The position numbers were made by a program, and so were the translations under genes. From Escherichia phage p000v, in sequence record NC_055781.1: DNA of 64,000 nucleotides; one strand, given 5' to 3'. Position 1 is the stretch's first letter. Every line of letters starts with the position of its first letter. Shown here piece by piece: positions 9,260 through 22,511 of this stretch. Under the pieces are notes generated by a model. The model had not been told where the DNA came from. It made no database searches and saw nothing but the letters and a program-made list of their open reading frames with translations.

Positions 9260-9529
9260 ATGACTAAAGCACGTTTCTTAAGAGATACTTTAAAAGTTCT
9301 AGAAGCTGAAGAAGTTAAGTTAGTAGAAAAATATGGTGCAAAAGTTAACGGTAATGCCTTCAACAAAGTATGGATGAAAGTTGATTCTGAAGCTCGAGCT
9401 AAAGGTTATTGGGCCACTGATAAACTTGCATCATTCAAAAACAAAGACGGTTCTCCGGCATATGTCCAAGAAGGTATGCCTAATTGGCAAAATATTTTGA
9501 AAACTTACATCGAAATTGCACAGAAATAA
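9260..9529 (+). CDS. Hypothetical early protein (89 aa) between genes 24 and 23
   Basis: ORF on the opposite strand to the late genes, driven by the PeSL-like promoter; occupies the slot where T4 has segD. Confidence 0.6.
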   Translation: MTKARFLRDTLKVLEAEEVKLVEKYGAKVNGNAFNKVWMKVDSEARAKGYWATDKLASFKNKDGSPAYVQEGMPNWQNILKTYIEIAQK

Positions 9530-9537
9530 AACCAAAA

Positions 9538-9562
9538 AATGGGAGACCGAAGTCTCCCAAAA
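9538..9562 (-). terminator. Rho-independent terminator after gene 23
   Basis: GGGAGAC-CGAA-GTCTCCC hairpin followed on the minus strand by a T-run. Confidence 0.6.
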
Positions 9563-9582
9563 TAAGATTTAATCAATTAAGA

Positions 9583-11151
9583 TTAGATGCCTTTTACATA
9601 TACACGGCGGAAGTAAGCGTTCTTACCAAGGCTGTTCAGGATAGACGGCATACCGGACTGGATGCGAGCACCTGGAGCCTGCAGGGAACTTTCAGCAAAC
9701 GGGTTAACACCGATACCGTAACGAGTTTTAAAGCCCATTACCGGCTGGAAGTTCTTAGGATCGGAACCACGCAGTGGGGTAAGTGCAACGTAAGGAGCAT
9801 AGTAAATACCTGCATCCATTTCGTTAGCGCCTTTGTAACCAACGGTGAAGTAATCCTGTTTAGCATACTGGTCGATGTATACGCGGTATTTACCACCAAG
9901 TACACCGGCAAATACAGACTTAGTAGTGTCGGTATTAAAACCAGAAGCCAGACCCTGTGCAGCGTAAGAAATACCAGTATCAACTGAAGCCAGTACGTTA
10001 ACTACGTTACGGGAAGCGATAATGAAGTTACCTTCACCACGGCCGGTTTGACGAGCAATTTCAACTGCTTCTTTATCAATCTGGAACAATAGAGATTTAA
10101 AGCTTTCACCGGCCCAACGAGCACCACGGATATCAATCGGGTCCTGGAAGTCAAATACACCAGCTTTAGAACCCGGAGTCAGGGTCATACCAGATTTACC
10201 AACCTGTGCTGAGTAGTTAATCCAATCAACAACTTCACGGTTGATTTCTAGCATAATTTCTGTAGCCAGAATACCGCTCAGTTCAGCATCAGCATCCATA
10301 CCGTGTACTGCACGGAGGTCTTGTGCTAATTCGATAGAGTAAGCAGCTTTCAGCTGGCGAGATTTAGCTTCGATAACTTGTTTATCGATACGGAAGCCCA
10401 TTTCATTCCATGGGTTATCGGTAGAACCGTTGAAACCTTCCTGGAGTTCAGCGATAGAAGTAGCCATACCTTCAGCGATTTCTACCAGTGCACCAGCTTC
10501 CATTTGTTTCTTAACTTCTGCATCTAATTTAGCAGCATCAGTTGCACCGGCATCGATTGTTACTTGAACAGAAGCTTGCAGATATACAGTACCAGTTTCC
10601 TGGAAGAAGTGAGTATAGATATCACCTACTGTGGTTTGTGTGCTAGCAGCCAGAGCTGGGAATTTCTTAGCAGCACCCTGACCAGAGAACATTGCATCCG
10701 GAGCATACATCGGATGGAAAGCTTCTTTAGCGCCAGCAGCGATAGGGTCTTTACCATATACTGCACGGAGAGCAAATACCTGACCGGTCGGGCTGTTCAT
10801 AGGCTGAACACCACAAATATCAAAAGCGATCAGATTAGGAATAGCACGACGAACCATACCCATAACTGCAGGCCCAATTTGGGTTACTGCACCAGAGGTT
10901 TGACCTGCTGCGATGTTCTGAGCATTATAACCATGGTCACCACCAATTTCAGCTTCGGTCAAGAAAGAACCAAATGCCTGAGCGATTTTCTCGTCTTTAT
11001 ATTCAGGGGATACTTCGAAATCTTTTTCCTGGTTTTCGAAGATTTTAGCGATAATAGCCTGCTTGCTATTAGCGATTTCCGGCAGGCCTTCACCTTCCAG
11101 CAGTTCTTTCCATTTGTCTACGAGCTGAGCTTTAGTTTTGATAGTAGTCAT
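9583..11151 (-). CDS. 23: Major capsid protein gp23
   Basis: 522 aa; N-terminal propeptide MTTIKTKAQLVDKWKELLEGEG... with LxE protease sites; unmistakable T4 gp23 sequence. Confidence 0.97.
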   Translation of the reverse strand: MTTIKTKAQLVDKWKELLEGEGLPEIANSKQAIIAKIFENQEKDFEVSPEYKDEKIAQAFGSFLTEAEIGGDHGYNAQNIAAGQTSGAVTQIGPAVMGMVRRAIPNLIAFDICGVQPMNSPTGQVFALRAVYGKDPIAAGAKEAFHPMYAPDAMFSGQGAAKKFPALAASTQTTVGDIYTHFFQETGTVYLQASVQVTIDAGATDAAKLDAEVKKQMEAGALVEIAEGMATSIAELQEGFNGSTDNPWNEMGFRIDKQVIEAKSRQLKAAYSIELAQDLRAVHGMDADAELSGILATEIMLEINREVVDWINYSAQVGKSGMTLTPGSKAGVFDFQDPIDIRGARWAGESFKSLLFQIDKEAVEIARQTGRGEGNFIIASRNVVNVLASVDTGISYAAQGLASGFNTDTTKSVFAGVLGGKYRVYIDQYAKQDYFTVGYKGANEMDAGIYYAPYVALTPLRGSDPKNFQPVMGFKTRYGIGVNPFAESSLQAPGARIQSGMPSILNSLGKNAYFRRVYVKGI

Positions 11152-11168
11152 TTGTGTTAACCTTTAAA

Positions 11169-11981
11169 TTAGAAACGAGATGCGACTTTCGCATATAAAC
11201 TTACATTAGAATTCTGTTCTACCTGAGTTGTGGTAGTGTCAACTGCTTCGGCAACAAAATTAAGACCGGCAGCGTCATTGTCAACTGTATTTATACTTTC
11301 GGTAATAGCGGCTTCTTCTTTAGTAGAACCTTTAACCATTTCTACAATAGCAGTTAACTTAGTACCAAATGCGTCAGAATAATCCATACCTTCAACCAGG
11401 CCAATAACTTTTTCTTTCTGAGATTCAGTCAGGTCTTTTACGCTTTCATTAATAGCGGTTTCACGCTGAACGTAATTGATATATGCATCACGTTTGGTAA
11501 CTTCTTCGAACAAACGAGCGGTTTCTTCTTTATGTTCGGCCAGCTCTTCTTCCATTTCTGCTACAACATCTACAGATTCTTCTGGAACAACAACGTTATG
11601 TTCAACAAACAGTTCTTTCAGACCACCAAGCATGGATTCAAACAAATCAGCTTTAATGCCTTTATCAACTGCGATTTGGTTTTCTGCGAGCCATTCTTTT
11701 GCAAGATGGTCCATGAATTTAGAAGCTTGTTCAGCCAATTTTTTATCAGCTTTCTCTTCAGCATCTTCTTTAGCCTTTTCAACTTCTTCTTCGGCTTTTT
11801 CGGCGATAGCTTTGATATGAGATTCAGCTAGTTTGACTGCTTCCTGCTTAACGGTGGCTTCGAATACAGTGCTGAAATTAGCTTTAACGTCCGGAGACAG
11901 TTCTACTGATTCGAAAACACTATTAAGAGCAACTGAAGTCTCGATATTCTGAGCTTCTTTCAAAAGTTGTTCTTTGATCAT
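11169..11981 (-). CDS. 22: Prohead core scaffold protein gp22
   Basis: 270 aa, highly acidic/helical, between genes 21 and 23. Confidence 0.9.
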   Translation of the reverse strand: MIKEQLLKEAQNIETSVALNSVFESVELSPDVKANFSTVFEATVKQEAVKLAESHIKAIAEKAEEEVEKAKEDAEEKADKKLAEQASKFMDHLAKEWLAENQIAVDKGIKADLFESMLGGLKELFVEHNVVVPEESVDVVAEMEEELAEHKEETARLFEEVTKRDAYINYVQRETAINESVKDLTESQKEKVIGLVEGMDYSDAFGTKLTAIVEMVKGSTKEEAAITESINTVDNDAAGLNFVAEAVDTTTTQVEQNSNVSLYAKVASRF

Positions 11982-12011
11982 TTTAGTGTCCTGTGGTTTA
12001 GATTACATTAT

Positions 12012-12019
12012 TATTTATA
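12012..12019 (-). promoter_or_regulatory. Late promoter (TATAAATA) for gene 22
   Basis: Minus-strand TATAAATA about 30 nt upstream of gp22 ATG, overlapping the 3' end of gene 21. Confidence 0.65.
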
Positions 12020-12656
12020 ATGCTTTTAAACTCTCTGCGAGAGCTTTAAATGCTTCATCAGCACTGTTTTTGGTGATTTCCACCGAATTTTCTGATTCTG
12101 ATATTTGTTTAGGAGTAACCCAAGCATCTGGAGCAGAAGGTCCCCATACGGCATCTACGCCGACGGTTAATTTAAATCCTTCGTTCACGATACGGTACCC
12201 TTTATTGGTGTCGGTTAAAGAACCAAGACCACGAGAGGAAACACCTGGAATCCAACCAGCTCGTATATTAGCAGCTAATTTATCGCCGGGACCATGGTCG
12301 CCTTCAATAATTCTAGCGCGTCCATATACATCGTTTCCTTTCCACCACATATCTTCAATAATGATAGCGGCTTGCATAGGGTCAACATTTGCGCGAGGTG
12401 GATGGTTTAATTCTCCAAGGGCTTGTTTGGTTGCGACTTGTTCTTTAATATAGTCACTTACTGCTTTTTCCAAAACGCGTTTAGGATATAAACGTTTATT
12501 TCGGTTAACAACCTCTGCCTGAAGAAAAATACCTTCTATATAAAGCCCTGGTTTTAAGCCAGAATCTTTTCCATCATGAGATTCCAACATTGGAACGCCA
12601 TCAATAATCTCACCGGGTTGACCCCAAGTTTCAATAAGTAACTCGGGTTTATTCAT
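12015..12656 (-). CDS. 21: Prohead core protease gp21
   Basis: 213 aa; [20 protein letters not shown]...; T4 gp21 length and sequence character. Confidence 0.93.
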   Translation of the reverse strand: MNKPELLIETWGQPGEIIDGVPMLESHDGKDSGLKPGLYIEGIFLQAEVVNRNKRLYPKRVLEKAVSDYIKEQVATKQALGELNHPPRANVDPMQAAIIIEDMWWKGNDVYGRARIIEGDHGPGDKLAANIRAGWIPGVSSRGLGSLTDTNKGYRIVNEGFKLTVGVDAVWGPSAPDAWVTPKQISESENSVEITKNSADEAFKALAESLKAL

Positions 12657-13081
12657 TAGCTTAATCCTAATGCTTTACGACGTTTAAGAGCTTTTTTACG
12701 CTTACGCATGCCTTTAACTTGGCCTGAAGGGTTAGCTTTTTTAGCTTTAACGACCTTACGAGCGATTTGTCTACGTTTTGCTTTAGAAAGACCGGTTGTT
12801 TGGAACGCGTTACGTTCACGAGTTTTACGGTCTTTAGTGCGGGTGACTTCACCACGAGAAGAAACATGTTTAACGATAAACTCATTTAACTGTTCTTCAT
12901 TAATAATGGAAGCCATTGCAACAGCTAAATCCGTTTCAGTTTCAAGCATGTTCTCGATAATAGTATTTATATCGTCAATATCGAGAGCAGAAGACAATGC
13001 ATCGATTCGGCCCTGTGCTTCAGGAATAAGTGCTTCGACATTTTCGAGTACCAATTCATAAGATTCAGGGATAAGATACAT
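12656..13081 (-). CDS. 68: Prohead core protein gp68
   Basis: 141 aa, basic C-terminus; same size and position as T4 gp68. Confidence 0.85.
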   Translation of the reverse strand: MYLIPESYELVLENVEALIPEAQGRIDALSSALDIDDINTIIENMLETETDLAVAMASIINEEQLNEFIVKHVSSRGEVTRTKDRKTRERNAFQTTGLSKAKRRQIARKVVKAKKANPSGQVKGMRKRKKALKRRKALGLS

Positions 13082-13317
13082 TATTCATCGTCCTCATCAT
13101 CTTCGTCTTCGTCGTCATCGCCTTCATCAGCGTCGTCTTCTGAAGCTTTAGCTTTCTTTTCTTCTTCAGGTTCTTCGCCTTCAATCAAAAATTGAGAAGC
13201 GATTTCTGCTTTGCGTGCTTCAATCAAACGAACCGTTTTTTCTGCCATTGCACTTTCAAAAAACTTTCGAGTAGCAACGAGGTCGTTTGATTTAATAGCT
13301 TGAATTAAATCGTCCAT
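13081..13317 (-). CDS. 67: Prohead core protein gp67
   Basis: 78 aa with poly-acidic C-terminus ([15 protein letters not shown]), between genes 20 and 68. Confidence 0.85.
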   Translation of the reverse strand: MDDLIQAIKSNDLVATRKFFESAMAEKTVRLIEARKAEIASQFLIEGEEPEEEKKAKASEDDADEGDDDEDEDDEDDE

Positions 13318-14888
13318 TAAAAATCCTCTTGTTCTTGGTCGGGGTCTTGGAAACGAGCCTCTTTCGACTCTTCTTCAATTTGCTTAGCCTCTTGTTCAAT
13401 TTCCTCGTCAGACATCTGAAGAATATCTTTCATAGCTGTTCTGTGAGAAATATATTTACCAATAAATGGTTCGGCCATCTGAAGCATATTAATGCGACGC
13501 TCCAGAATCTCAGCATCCTTTAATTCCGAGAAATAACTATCCCGATGAAATTTTATCTTAATATTATTTATTTCATCATTCCACTCATCTTCTGTAATAA
13601 TTCCTTTAAGAATTAAATTAGTTTTAAGCGGGTCTAGGAATATCTCTTCAAATTTATGTTGCAGCTCACGAATAAATTTACCAAATGACAATTCATCTCG
13701 TGTAATAGAAGTACCAGCATCAAACTGTATACCACCTTGGTCGCTTGGAATACGGGTAATAGGAATACGTAAAGCCATATAAAGCGCATTACGGAACCAA
13801 CGTACATCTTCCATATTTCCAGTATTATCTGCACCCGGTAATGTATCAACTTCTGTTACTGCTTTACCATCACGTCGTTGTAACCAATAATCTTCGGTCA
13901 TCGACATAATATGCTGCTGGTTTTTAATCTTGCCTGTAGTGGCATCATATGCAATACGGTTTTTCATCGTATTCATAACATGTTGCATATGTTCTGCTGC
14001 TTTTCTTGAAGGCATATTACCTGTATCAACGTACCATACACGACGATCGGGAGCACGAGTAATACGATAAATTACAACAGCATCTTCAAGAAGTTTTAAT
14101 TGGTTTGCCGGCTTAATAGCCCGATGCAAATAACCAATGATATTTTTACCACAACAATCAACTAAACCAGAATGGGCATAAACAATCGCGGCTTTAGGGA
14201 TTTTTATTTTTGTGCCAGCTTCATATATGCGACCATCACAAGCATAAGATTCGTGTGATGTGTCATAAATGAAATATTCCTTATAACCCTTGACTATTTT
14301 AACACCAGCTTCAGTGGTTGTAATAACTTCACGGACATATTGAACTTGACGTGGGTCTAAACGACGAAGCTCTTTAATACCTTCTTTAGGGCGTTTAGGG
14401 TCAATAATTTTATGGAAGAAAATTCGAGAATCTACGTACCAACGTCTAAAATGGTCTGAACCTTTACGTTGGAAAGATAAATGATTTAACACTTCGTTAA
14501 ATTCATCCAATATCATTGATTTGATATTTGGACTAAATTTTGTGTTGTCTAAATTTATAGAAACGACTTCTGTATCATCTTCATATACGATAGCATCGGA
14601 AACTATTTCAGAGACTGCATTATCCACTTCATAGTTCGTCATCAAATTTCGATACGTATCGATTAATTCACGCGTTGATTTGAGCCCTGGTTCTTGGCTA
14701 CCGAACATTCTCTGAAACATAGCATTATATGTTTGCTGTGCTTCATTTTCAGATACTTCGTATTCTTTAGCGCCGTCGTCTAATTTTGGTGTGGTGATCG
14801 ATTCTAAATTTTCTTTTTCTTGGTCTTTGTAATCACGTTCGTCCATTTTTGCCCATGGAGCAAACAAACTTAAGATATTAAATTTCAT
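13317..14888 (-). CDS. 20: Portal vertex protein gp20
   Basis: 523 aa; T4 gp20 length and sequence character. Confidence 0.95.
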   Translation of the reverse strand: MKFNILSLFAPWAKMDERDYKDQEKENLESITTPKLDDGAKEYEVSENEAQQTYNAMFQRMFGSQEPGLKSTRELIDTYRNLMTNYEVDNAVSEIVSDAIVYEDDTEVVSINLDNTKFSPNIKSMILDEFNEVLNHLSFQRKGSDHFRRWYVDSRIFFHKIIDPKRPKEGIKELRRLDPRQVQYVREVITTTEAGVKIVKGYKEYFIYDTSHESYACDGRIYEAGTKIKIPKAAIVYAHSGLVDCCGKNIIGYLHRAIKPANQLKLLEDAVVIYRITRAPDRRVWYVDTGNMPSRKAAEHMQHVMNTMKNRIAYDATTGKIKNQQHIMSMTEDYWLQRRDGKAVTEVDTLPGADNTGNMEDVRWFRNALYMALRIPITRIPSDQGGIQFDAGTSITRDELSFGKFIRELQHKFEEIFLDPLKTNLILKGIITEDEWNDEINNIKIKFHRDSYFSELKDAEILERRINMLQMAEPFIGKYISHRTAMKDILQMSDEEIEQEAKQIEEESKEARFQDPDQEQEDF

Positions 14889-14916
14889 TGTATTCTCCGA
14901 ATGGGAATTATAGTTA

Positions 14917-14924
14917 TATTTATA
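14917..14924 (-). promoter_or_regulatory. Late promoter (TATAAATA) for gene 20
   Basis: Minus-strand TATAAATA about 30 nt upstream of gp20 ATG. Confidence 0.65.
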
Positions 14925-14972
14925 TGGACTTCTCCGTCATCACGGGAAGCTGGGGATTTCTCCCCAACCAGA

Positions 14973-15464
14973 TTATTCCCACCAATCAAGAGCAAGAGTT
15001 ACTTCGAACGTTTCAATCTCGTTATTGCTGTCCCAGTCAAGAGATACTTCGCCAACGTTAGTAGGCCACAAGCCGACAATTTCAACTTCTTTAGTGACCG
15101 TTTTAGCATCACGAGCAAATTGACGAACGATAGCAGTCTTTTTATATTCAGCAGGTTTACCACCAGTAATTTCATTACCTTGTCCTGCTGCAATACCTTG
15201 CCAATCAACAAATTTCTGACGAATGCTATGAGCATCATCGTTCATTACTGTAATAGTCCAATCATCAAATGTACGATCACCGGCCACGTTAATTTTACGG
15301 TTCATATAAGAAACAGGAACCTTTTCAACGATTGCAGCAGGAAGAGCCGTAGCACGACACTGGAAGCTAAAGTTTTGCCCAAGATAAGAGATTTCTACTT
15401 CGAACAGGTTAGGGCGAGCGAAATCACCAGATTCGAAGGCACGAGTTACGTCATCTACAAACAT
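14973..15464 (-). CDS. 19: Tail tube protein gp19
   Basis: 163 aa, T4 gp19 length; follows gene 18. Confidence 0.95.
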   Translation of the reverse strand: MFVDDVTRAFESGDFARPNLFEVEISYLGQNFSFQCRATALPAAIVEKVPVSYMNRKINVAGDRTFDDWTITVMNDDAHSIRQKFVDWQGIAAGQGNEITGGKPAEYKKTAIVRQFARDAKTVTKEVEIVGLWPTNVGEVSLDWDSNNEIETFEVTLALDWWE

Positions 15465-15536
15465 ATTAGCCTCTGTAGTAATATGGGCTTAGGATTAACC
15501 GGACGCCCATAGAATTAATTTTTAAACGATATAGTA

Positions 15537-15544
15537 TATTTATA
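15537..15544 (-). promoter_or_regulatory. Late promoter (TATAAATA) for gene 19
   Basis: Minus-strand TATAAATA about 73 nt upstream of gp19 ATG. Confidence 0.55.
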
Positions 15545-15565
15545 TGGGCTACCGAAATAGCCCAT
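15544..15565 (-). terminator. Stem-loop after gene 18 (attenuating terminator / RNA stability element)
   Basis: ATGGGCTA-CCGAAA-TAGCCCAT inverted repeat immediately 3' of the gp18 stop, abutting the gp19 promoter. Confidence 0.45.
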
Positions 15566-15576
15566 CAGGCGTCTTA

Positions 15577-17559
15577 TTAACCACCTACAGCACCAATCAG
15601 TTCGTCGAAATCGGCACCAGTTGCTGTTGCTACAAAGTTCAACGTAATATAATTTATCGAGCGGGCAGGTTGTAAGTAGAAAGTAGCTACAAATTCATTA
15701 CGGTCGATAACTGCTGGGGTGTTATTGGTAGTATCACAAACAACTTTAAAGTTATATACACCACCGAGAGCTTTAATACCCTGTAGATATTGAGAAGTCT
15801 CTGTACGGAAAGAAGAACGGGTAAATGCGTTGTTCAATTCAAACAGGCGATATTTAGATGCTGAACCAATGTTCGTTTTAACCATATTGAACAAACGACG
15901 AACGTTAATACGGTCAAATGGCGAAGGAACGGAAGTGGCAGTTTTATCACCATACAGAACATATCCATCACCACCGGTACCAGTAACAGGGTTAATAGCT
16001 TCCTGATACAAACGATCACGTTGTGGTTGACGAGTTTCAATTGCAAGCTTAATAACGTTAAGAATTTGTCCACGGTTATAACCGGCTGGAGACATCCAAG
16101 GCTGAGAAATATTGTCTGTGCGAGCACAAAGACCAGCGATATCAGCAGCTAATGGAACCCAACGATTCACGTCATTATATTTGTCATATTGATATTTATA
16201 GTTACCGTCAATAGCAGCATAAGTAGAACTTACATTAAAGTTATTATCAGTGTAAGTTCCTGACGCAGTACGCCAATCAACCAGATTATCAACTGCACGA
16301 TTAACAGGAATACCAACTATAGTTGAACGCGGTGGTGAGCAAAGAACCAAGCAATCTTGACGAGAATCACCAATTGCTACAACATGTTTCTGAACCGTGG
16401 AAGCAACTTCTAAAGATTCACCTGCACAAGAACCGGCAATAAACAACTGCGCATTAACAGATTCGCGGTCGGCAAACAAATCCCAAGCTTCCATTAAATC
16501 ACCAGCGTCAACCGTTTCATTAGATGATAAGCCACCACCCAGTTTGATTACGCCAGAGAAACCTTTTGGCCAACCTTGTGCCGTAGCGAAAATATAATTG
16601 CTTGCGCCTTTAGCAAAGAAATCATCAATGAAGATATTGCTACCATAAATATCTCGTTCACCGCGTTTAGTAGAAAGAACTACGCTCTGGACTACAGCAT
16701 CGTTACGACGAACGATAATTGCATATTGGTCATCAGTTTGTGGGCCATATCCAAAGATTGCTTTAGCAGTAGATGCACGAGTACCGCCATCAGGATAAAT
16801 TTTTAACTGAGCTGAAGCACCTTTGTCATAGTCTGCTTTAGATACGATTTCAATTTCGAGCTGGTCGCCAAGTTCACCAGGATAAAGAGCAACTACGCCT
16901 GGGACACCATATTTTTTAATAGATTCTTGGAAAGTTAGAGAAGTAATAGCTTCTTCTGAAGTTTCAACTTCAGTCAACAGAATACCTGAATCGGTTACGA
17001 TAGAACCAATTGTAATAACGCCAGAGAGTCCAGAAGAAGAACTGGCAACTTCGGCGGTCCAGTTAGAACCCAATGCCGGATATTCATTAATTTCTTTTGC
17101 ACGAGCAATAATTTTACCGGTCGGGATATAAATGTTAAGAATTTTACCATCGACATCAACTGAAGTGACATAACCATCTGCTTCAACAGTTTCGGTCAAA
17201 TACTTAACGATAATTTTATCACCAACTGCATAGTTACTACCAGCAGCAGAGATTGTGAATTCAATATTGCCTGCTACAGGAGATGAGTTCTTAGCAGTAT
17301 CACGATCAACTGCGCGTACAACACGAAGGTCATTACCGTATTGAAGGAAGTTCATAGCAGACATGAAATAATCTGCTGTATCCGTATTAGGAGTACCAAA
17401 CATATCAACTAATGCAACTTCATCAGTGATTTGTTTAATCTGGAATGCAGGTCCCCATTGGAATTTTCCAGCCAGGGCAGCAGTACCAGTGGAGTTATTA
17501 ACTACAGTACTCTGTACGGTAGTTTCTTTGAGCTCAACGCCCGGAGAGAGAAGTGCCAT
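15577..17559 (-). CDS. 18: Tail sheath protein gp18
   Basis: 660 aa; T4 gp18-like throughout. Confidence 0.97.
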   Translation of the reverse strand: MALLSPGVELKETTVQSTVVNNSTGTAALAGKFQWGPAFQIKQITDEVALVDMFGTPNTDTADYFMSAMNFLQYGNDLRVVRAVDRDTAKNSSPVAGNIEFTISAAGSNYAVGDKIIVKYLTETVEADGYVTSVDVDGKILNIYIPTGKIIARAKEINEYPALGSNWTAEVASSSSGLSGVITIGSIVTDSGILLTEVETSEEAITSLTFQESIKKYGVPGVVALYPGELGDQLEIEIVSKADYDKGASAQLKIYPDGGTRASTAKAIFGYGPQTDDQYAIIVRRNDAVVQSVVLSTKRGERDIYGSNIFIDDFFAKGASNYIFATAQGWPKGFSGVIKLGGGLSSNETVDAGDLMEAWDLFADRESVNAQLFIAGSCAGESLEVASTVQKHVVAIGDSRQDCLVLCSPPRSTIVGIPVNRAVDNLVDWRTASGTYTDNNFNVSSTYAAIDGNYKYQYDKYNDVNRWVPLAADIAGLCARTDNISQPWMSPAGYNRGQILNVIKLAIETRQPQRDRLYQEAINPVTGTGGDGYVLYGDKTATSVPSPFDRINVRRLFNMVKTNIGSASKYRLFELNNAFTRSSFRTETSQYLQGIKALGGVYNFKVVCDTTNNTPAVIDRNEFVATFYLQPARSINYITLNFVATATGADFDELIGAVGG

Positions 17560-17586
17560 TTTAATTCCTCTTAATTTGCTTTATTT

Positions 17587-19912
<2,326 letters not shown>

Positions 19913-20734
19913 TTATTGTTTTCTAGGACCAGGAGGGGTTGGTGGAGTCGGGATTGGAATATCATGAGTATAAGTTTGTTCAACTTCACCATTCCAATCT
20001 TGTGCTTCAACGTCTCTCGGTTTAATTTCTGTATCAACTGATTCAAAAACACTGGCGGCTGTTTGAAGGTCTCGTTCATTAGCATGAAAATCAAGATAAG
20101 TCGTTTTAATAAGGCCTTCAGCTGCGCCTACCGGAGGATACATCCATCCATTTACTTCAAATGTTAATGACCACTCTAAACGTCGACGGGATAAATTATC
20201 ACCGTCTATTTGTTCATCCATTGCTGCTGCCATCCATACGACTTTAATATCCCTTTCAAATGGAATATCCTGCCCATACTGCTCAATCATAGTCGTATTA
20301 AAATGCGGCTGAAAATATGGAATAATTTGCTCAACAATTTGGAACATATCATCTTCATAACGAGTAAAGATGCTCAGTTCAAAAATCATTTTAATTGGTG
20401 ATGGGTTGTATTGGTCTACAATATCCTTAGTCGATTTACTCAAAAGAGAGTTATTCAATATATTCGTTTTAAACGTTGGGTTATAAACGAAATCTACCAT
20501 TTGGAGATTTATACGTGGTAGAATAGTTTCGACTTTAGCCACATCTTCTTGTGAGTTTATAGAGGTCCATTTATTAAGTTTCATCATAAAGTGCTCTTTA
20601 GATGCATACGTAATAGGAACTCTAATTAATTTATTGCCTGTAGACAATTGACGGTTAACTTGGATATTTGAAAACAAATCGCCCATCATTGTGATATATC
20701 GCCTGAACGACGAGTTGTAAAAATAGCCAAACAT
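19913..20734 (-). CDS. 15: Tail sheath stabilizer / tail completion protein gp15
   Basis: Start at second Met of the track ORF (MFGYFYNSSFRRY...); about 273 aa. Confidence 0.9.
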   Translation of the reverse strand: MFGYFYNSSFRRYITMMGDLFSNIQVNRQLSTGNKLIRVPITYASKEHFMMKLNKWTSINSQEDVAKVETILPRINLQMVDFVYNPTFKTNILNNSLLSKSTKDIVDQYNPSPIKMIFELSIFTRYEDDMFQIVEQIIPYFQPHFNTTMIEQYGQDIPFERDIKVVWMAAAMDEQIDGDNLSRRRLEWSLTFEVNGWMYPPVGAAEGLIKTTYLDFHANERDLQTAASVFESVDTEIKPRDVEAQDWNGEVEQTYTHDIPIPTPPTPPGPRKQ

Positions 20735-20786
20735 CATTTCTCCTAACCGGCCTTTCGACCGGTGTTTGCTTTATCTTATCTATTTA

Positions 20787-21551
20787 TTAATTCATAAACC
20801 CATCGTCAAACGGTGAATTTTGTCTACCACGGTTGTTAACTACTACGTACGGTTCAATGTATTCACTTGCCTCTGAATTGATTTGCTCAACTTCAGAATA
20901 TTCATCGATATTAATGTCATGGATACCGTCAAGATTTCTAACAGGGTTAAGTTCCAAGTCACTAAATTCAGGTATATTGATACCTTCATTTTTCTGAAGC
21001 ACCGGATTGATTTCTTCGCCAGAGTAAATAAACTTGCCTGCAGTAATTTTACGAATCGCATTTTTACCTACTTGATAGAATGGGTCATATGGTTCAACCC
21101 AGTTAATCTCAAACAAACTGTTGTCCATTGGGAAGTATATTAAATCACCTTCCTTAGGCTCCTGATTGTTGACCTGGTGTTTGAAAAGACCTGGGTTAAT
21201 AGATAATGTAACTTCGTCTTGAACTTGCATTCCGAAGTTGCTGAAGAACGATTTCGCTCCTTCATAACCTTCAAAAGAGTTCAGATATGCAGCAAATTTC
21301 CATGCTTTAGTAAATTTATTTTTAAGGTCCTCACCAAAGATAAGGTCCACAGCAACATATTCACGTGGAACATAAAAACATTCAATGCCGCGCATCTGTA
21401 TGCTTTCTGCCACTAGAACATCGGCTAATGTCTGACCATTCTCATAATTATTAAAATTGACAAATGGATTGAGGATTTCGGTCTCATTTGTCTGAGAATA
21501 CCCACCACGATTTTCTAGTTTGGCGAAAAGATTTTTATCATAAGTTGCCAT
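20787..21551 (-). CDS. 14: Neck protein gp14
   Basis: 254 aa, T4 gp14-like, between genes 13 and 15. Confidence 0.9.
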   Translation of the reverse strand: MATYDKNLFAKLENRGGYSQTNETEILNPFVNFNNYENGQTLADVLVAESIQMRGIECFYVPREYVAVDLIFGEDLKNKFTKAWKFAAYLNSFEGYEGAKSFFSNFGMQVQDEVTLSINPGLFKHQVNNQEPKEGDLIYFPMDNSLFEINWVEPYDPFYQVGKNAIRKITAGKFIYSGEEINPVLQKNEGINIPEFSDLELNPVRNLDGIHDINIDEYSEVEQINSEASEYIEPYVVVNNRGRQNSPFDDGFMN

Positions 21552-21552
21552 A

Positions 21553-22479
21553 TTAACCTACCAAAATACCTGCAGGAGGGTCCAGTAAATATAACTCTTC
21601 TCGTAAAGCTTCTTTCTCTAAACGAGCCTCTTCAATTAATCGAACACCGTCAACAGTGACACCACCAGGTAACATCATACCTTGATGTTTAGCAAGAATT
21701 TGTCCATTAAGCTCTTTAGCTAATGCAGTTGCGTAATCTTTAACCCAGCGGTTGTTATATGCGCCTTGTTTGGTTGCAGGATCTTCACCGACTCGTCGTC
21801 CGACCAAATTATGGTCTGGGTTGTCATAACGTTCAGAAATAGACCATGAATCACGAGGACCGACCTGACCATACCCTACTGTATTTCCTACCATCTTATG
21901 GGTCTCGATATAAGAGCGAACATACGATTCAACGATAATGACATCTTTCTGTCTAAAGTTACCCATTACTTTTAATTGCTCGTTTGCAGAGTTAAACCAA
22001 AAATCTGGAAGAGGAGCAATCATATCTTGAAGCATACCCATATAAGATACTAATTGAGAATAATACCCGAGGTCGGCGCCAAAAGCGTTCGGGCCGTAGA
22101 ATTTACCACAATTACTACCCATACCACCTGAAACGCCAGCCATTCCTAAAAGGAAATCAGTGAACCATGGATAAGTTGCATTACCATCCATTGAAGTAAT
22201 AGAGCCAACGTTTGTTCTTATAATTCTTGTTACAGCAAATACATTAGAACCACGCATATCAAATACGCCATGACGGTATTTTTCTTCGTCATCAACAAAA
22301 AATACATGGAAACCTTTATTCAACCCGTCAAAATGGTATTCGCCGTAAAGTTCTAACGCTCGTGAAATACAATCGTAAATTTGGTCTGTAGTTAATTCAA
22401 CATTTACAATAGGAGCGCCTAAACGACGTAATATTACATCCTTTAATTCTTTAGGGTTTTGTGCATTATAACCTGACAT
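21553..22479 (-). CDS. 13: Neck protein gp13
   Basis: 308 aa, T4 gp13-like. Confidence 0.9.
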   Translation of the reverse strand: MSGYNAQNPKELKDVILRRLGAPIVNVELTTDQIYDCISRALELYGEYHFDGLNKGFHVFFVDDEEKYRHGVFDMRGSNVFAVTRIIRTNVGSITSMDGNATYPWFTDFLLGMAGVSGGMGSNCGKFYGPNAFGADLGYYSQLVSYMGMLQDMIAPLPDFWFNSANEQLKVMGNFRQKDVIIVESYVRSYIETHKMVGNTVGYGQVGPRDSWSISERYDNPDHNLVGRRVGEDPATKQGAYNNRWVKDYATALAKELNGQILAKHQGMMLPGGVTVDGVRLIEEARLEKEALREELYLLDPPAGILVG

Positions 22480-22511
22480 ATAAATCCTTTAGGGCCCGAA
22501 GGCCCTTTTCA

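Noticed and set aside
9484-11160. Plus-strand ORFs 9484-9987 and 10564-11160 and minus ORF 9738-9983 inside gene 23
   Set aside because: Embedded in or antisense to the major capsid gene, whose identity is unambiguous; typical alternative-frame artefacts.
11476-13061. Antisense or alternative-frame ORFs within genes 22, 21 and 68 (11476-11820, 11532-11831, 11974-12453, 12667-12885, 12708-13061)
   Set aside because: Ser/Phe-rich low-complexity translations overlapping well-supported structural genes.
14901-15512. 203-aa plus-strand ORF overlapping gene 19
   Set aside because: Antisense to the tail tube gene; no promoter or SD; gene 19 identity is secure.
20738-20790. Late promoter upstream of gene 15
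   Set aside because: Only TAATAAATAG is present on the minus strand, not TATAAATA; gene 15 is probably read through from upstream late promoters.
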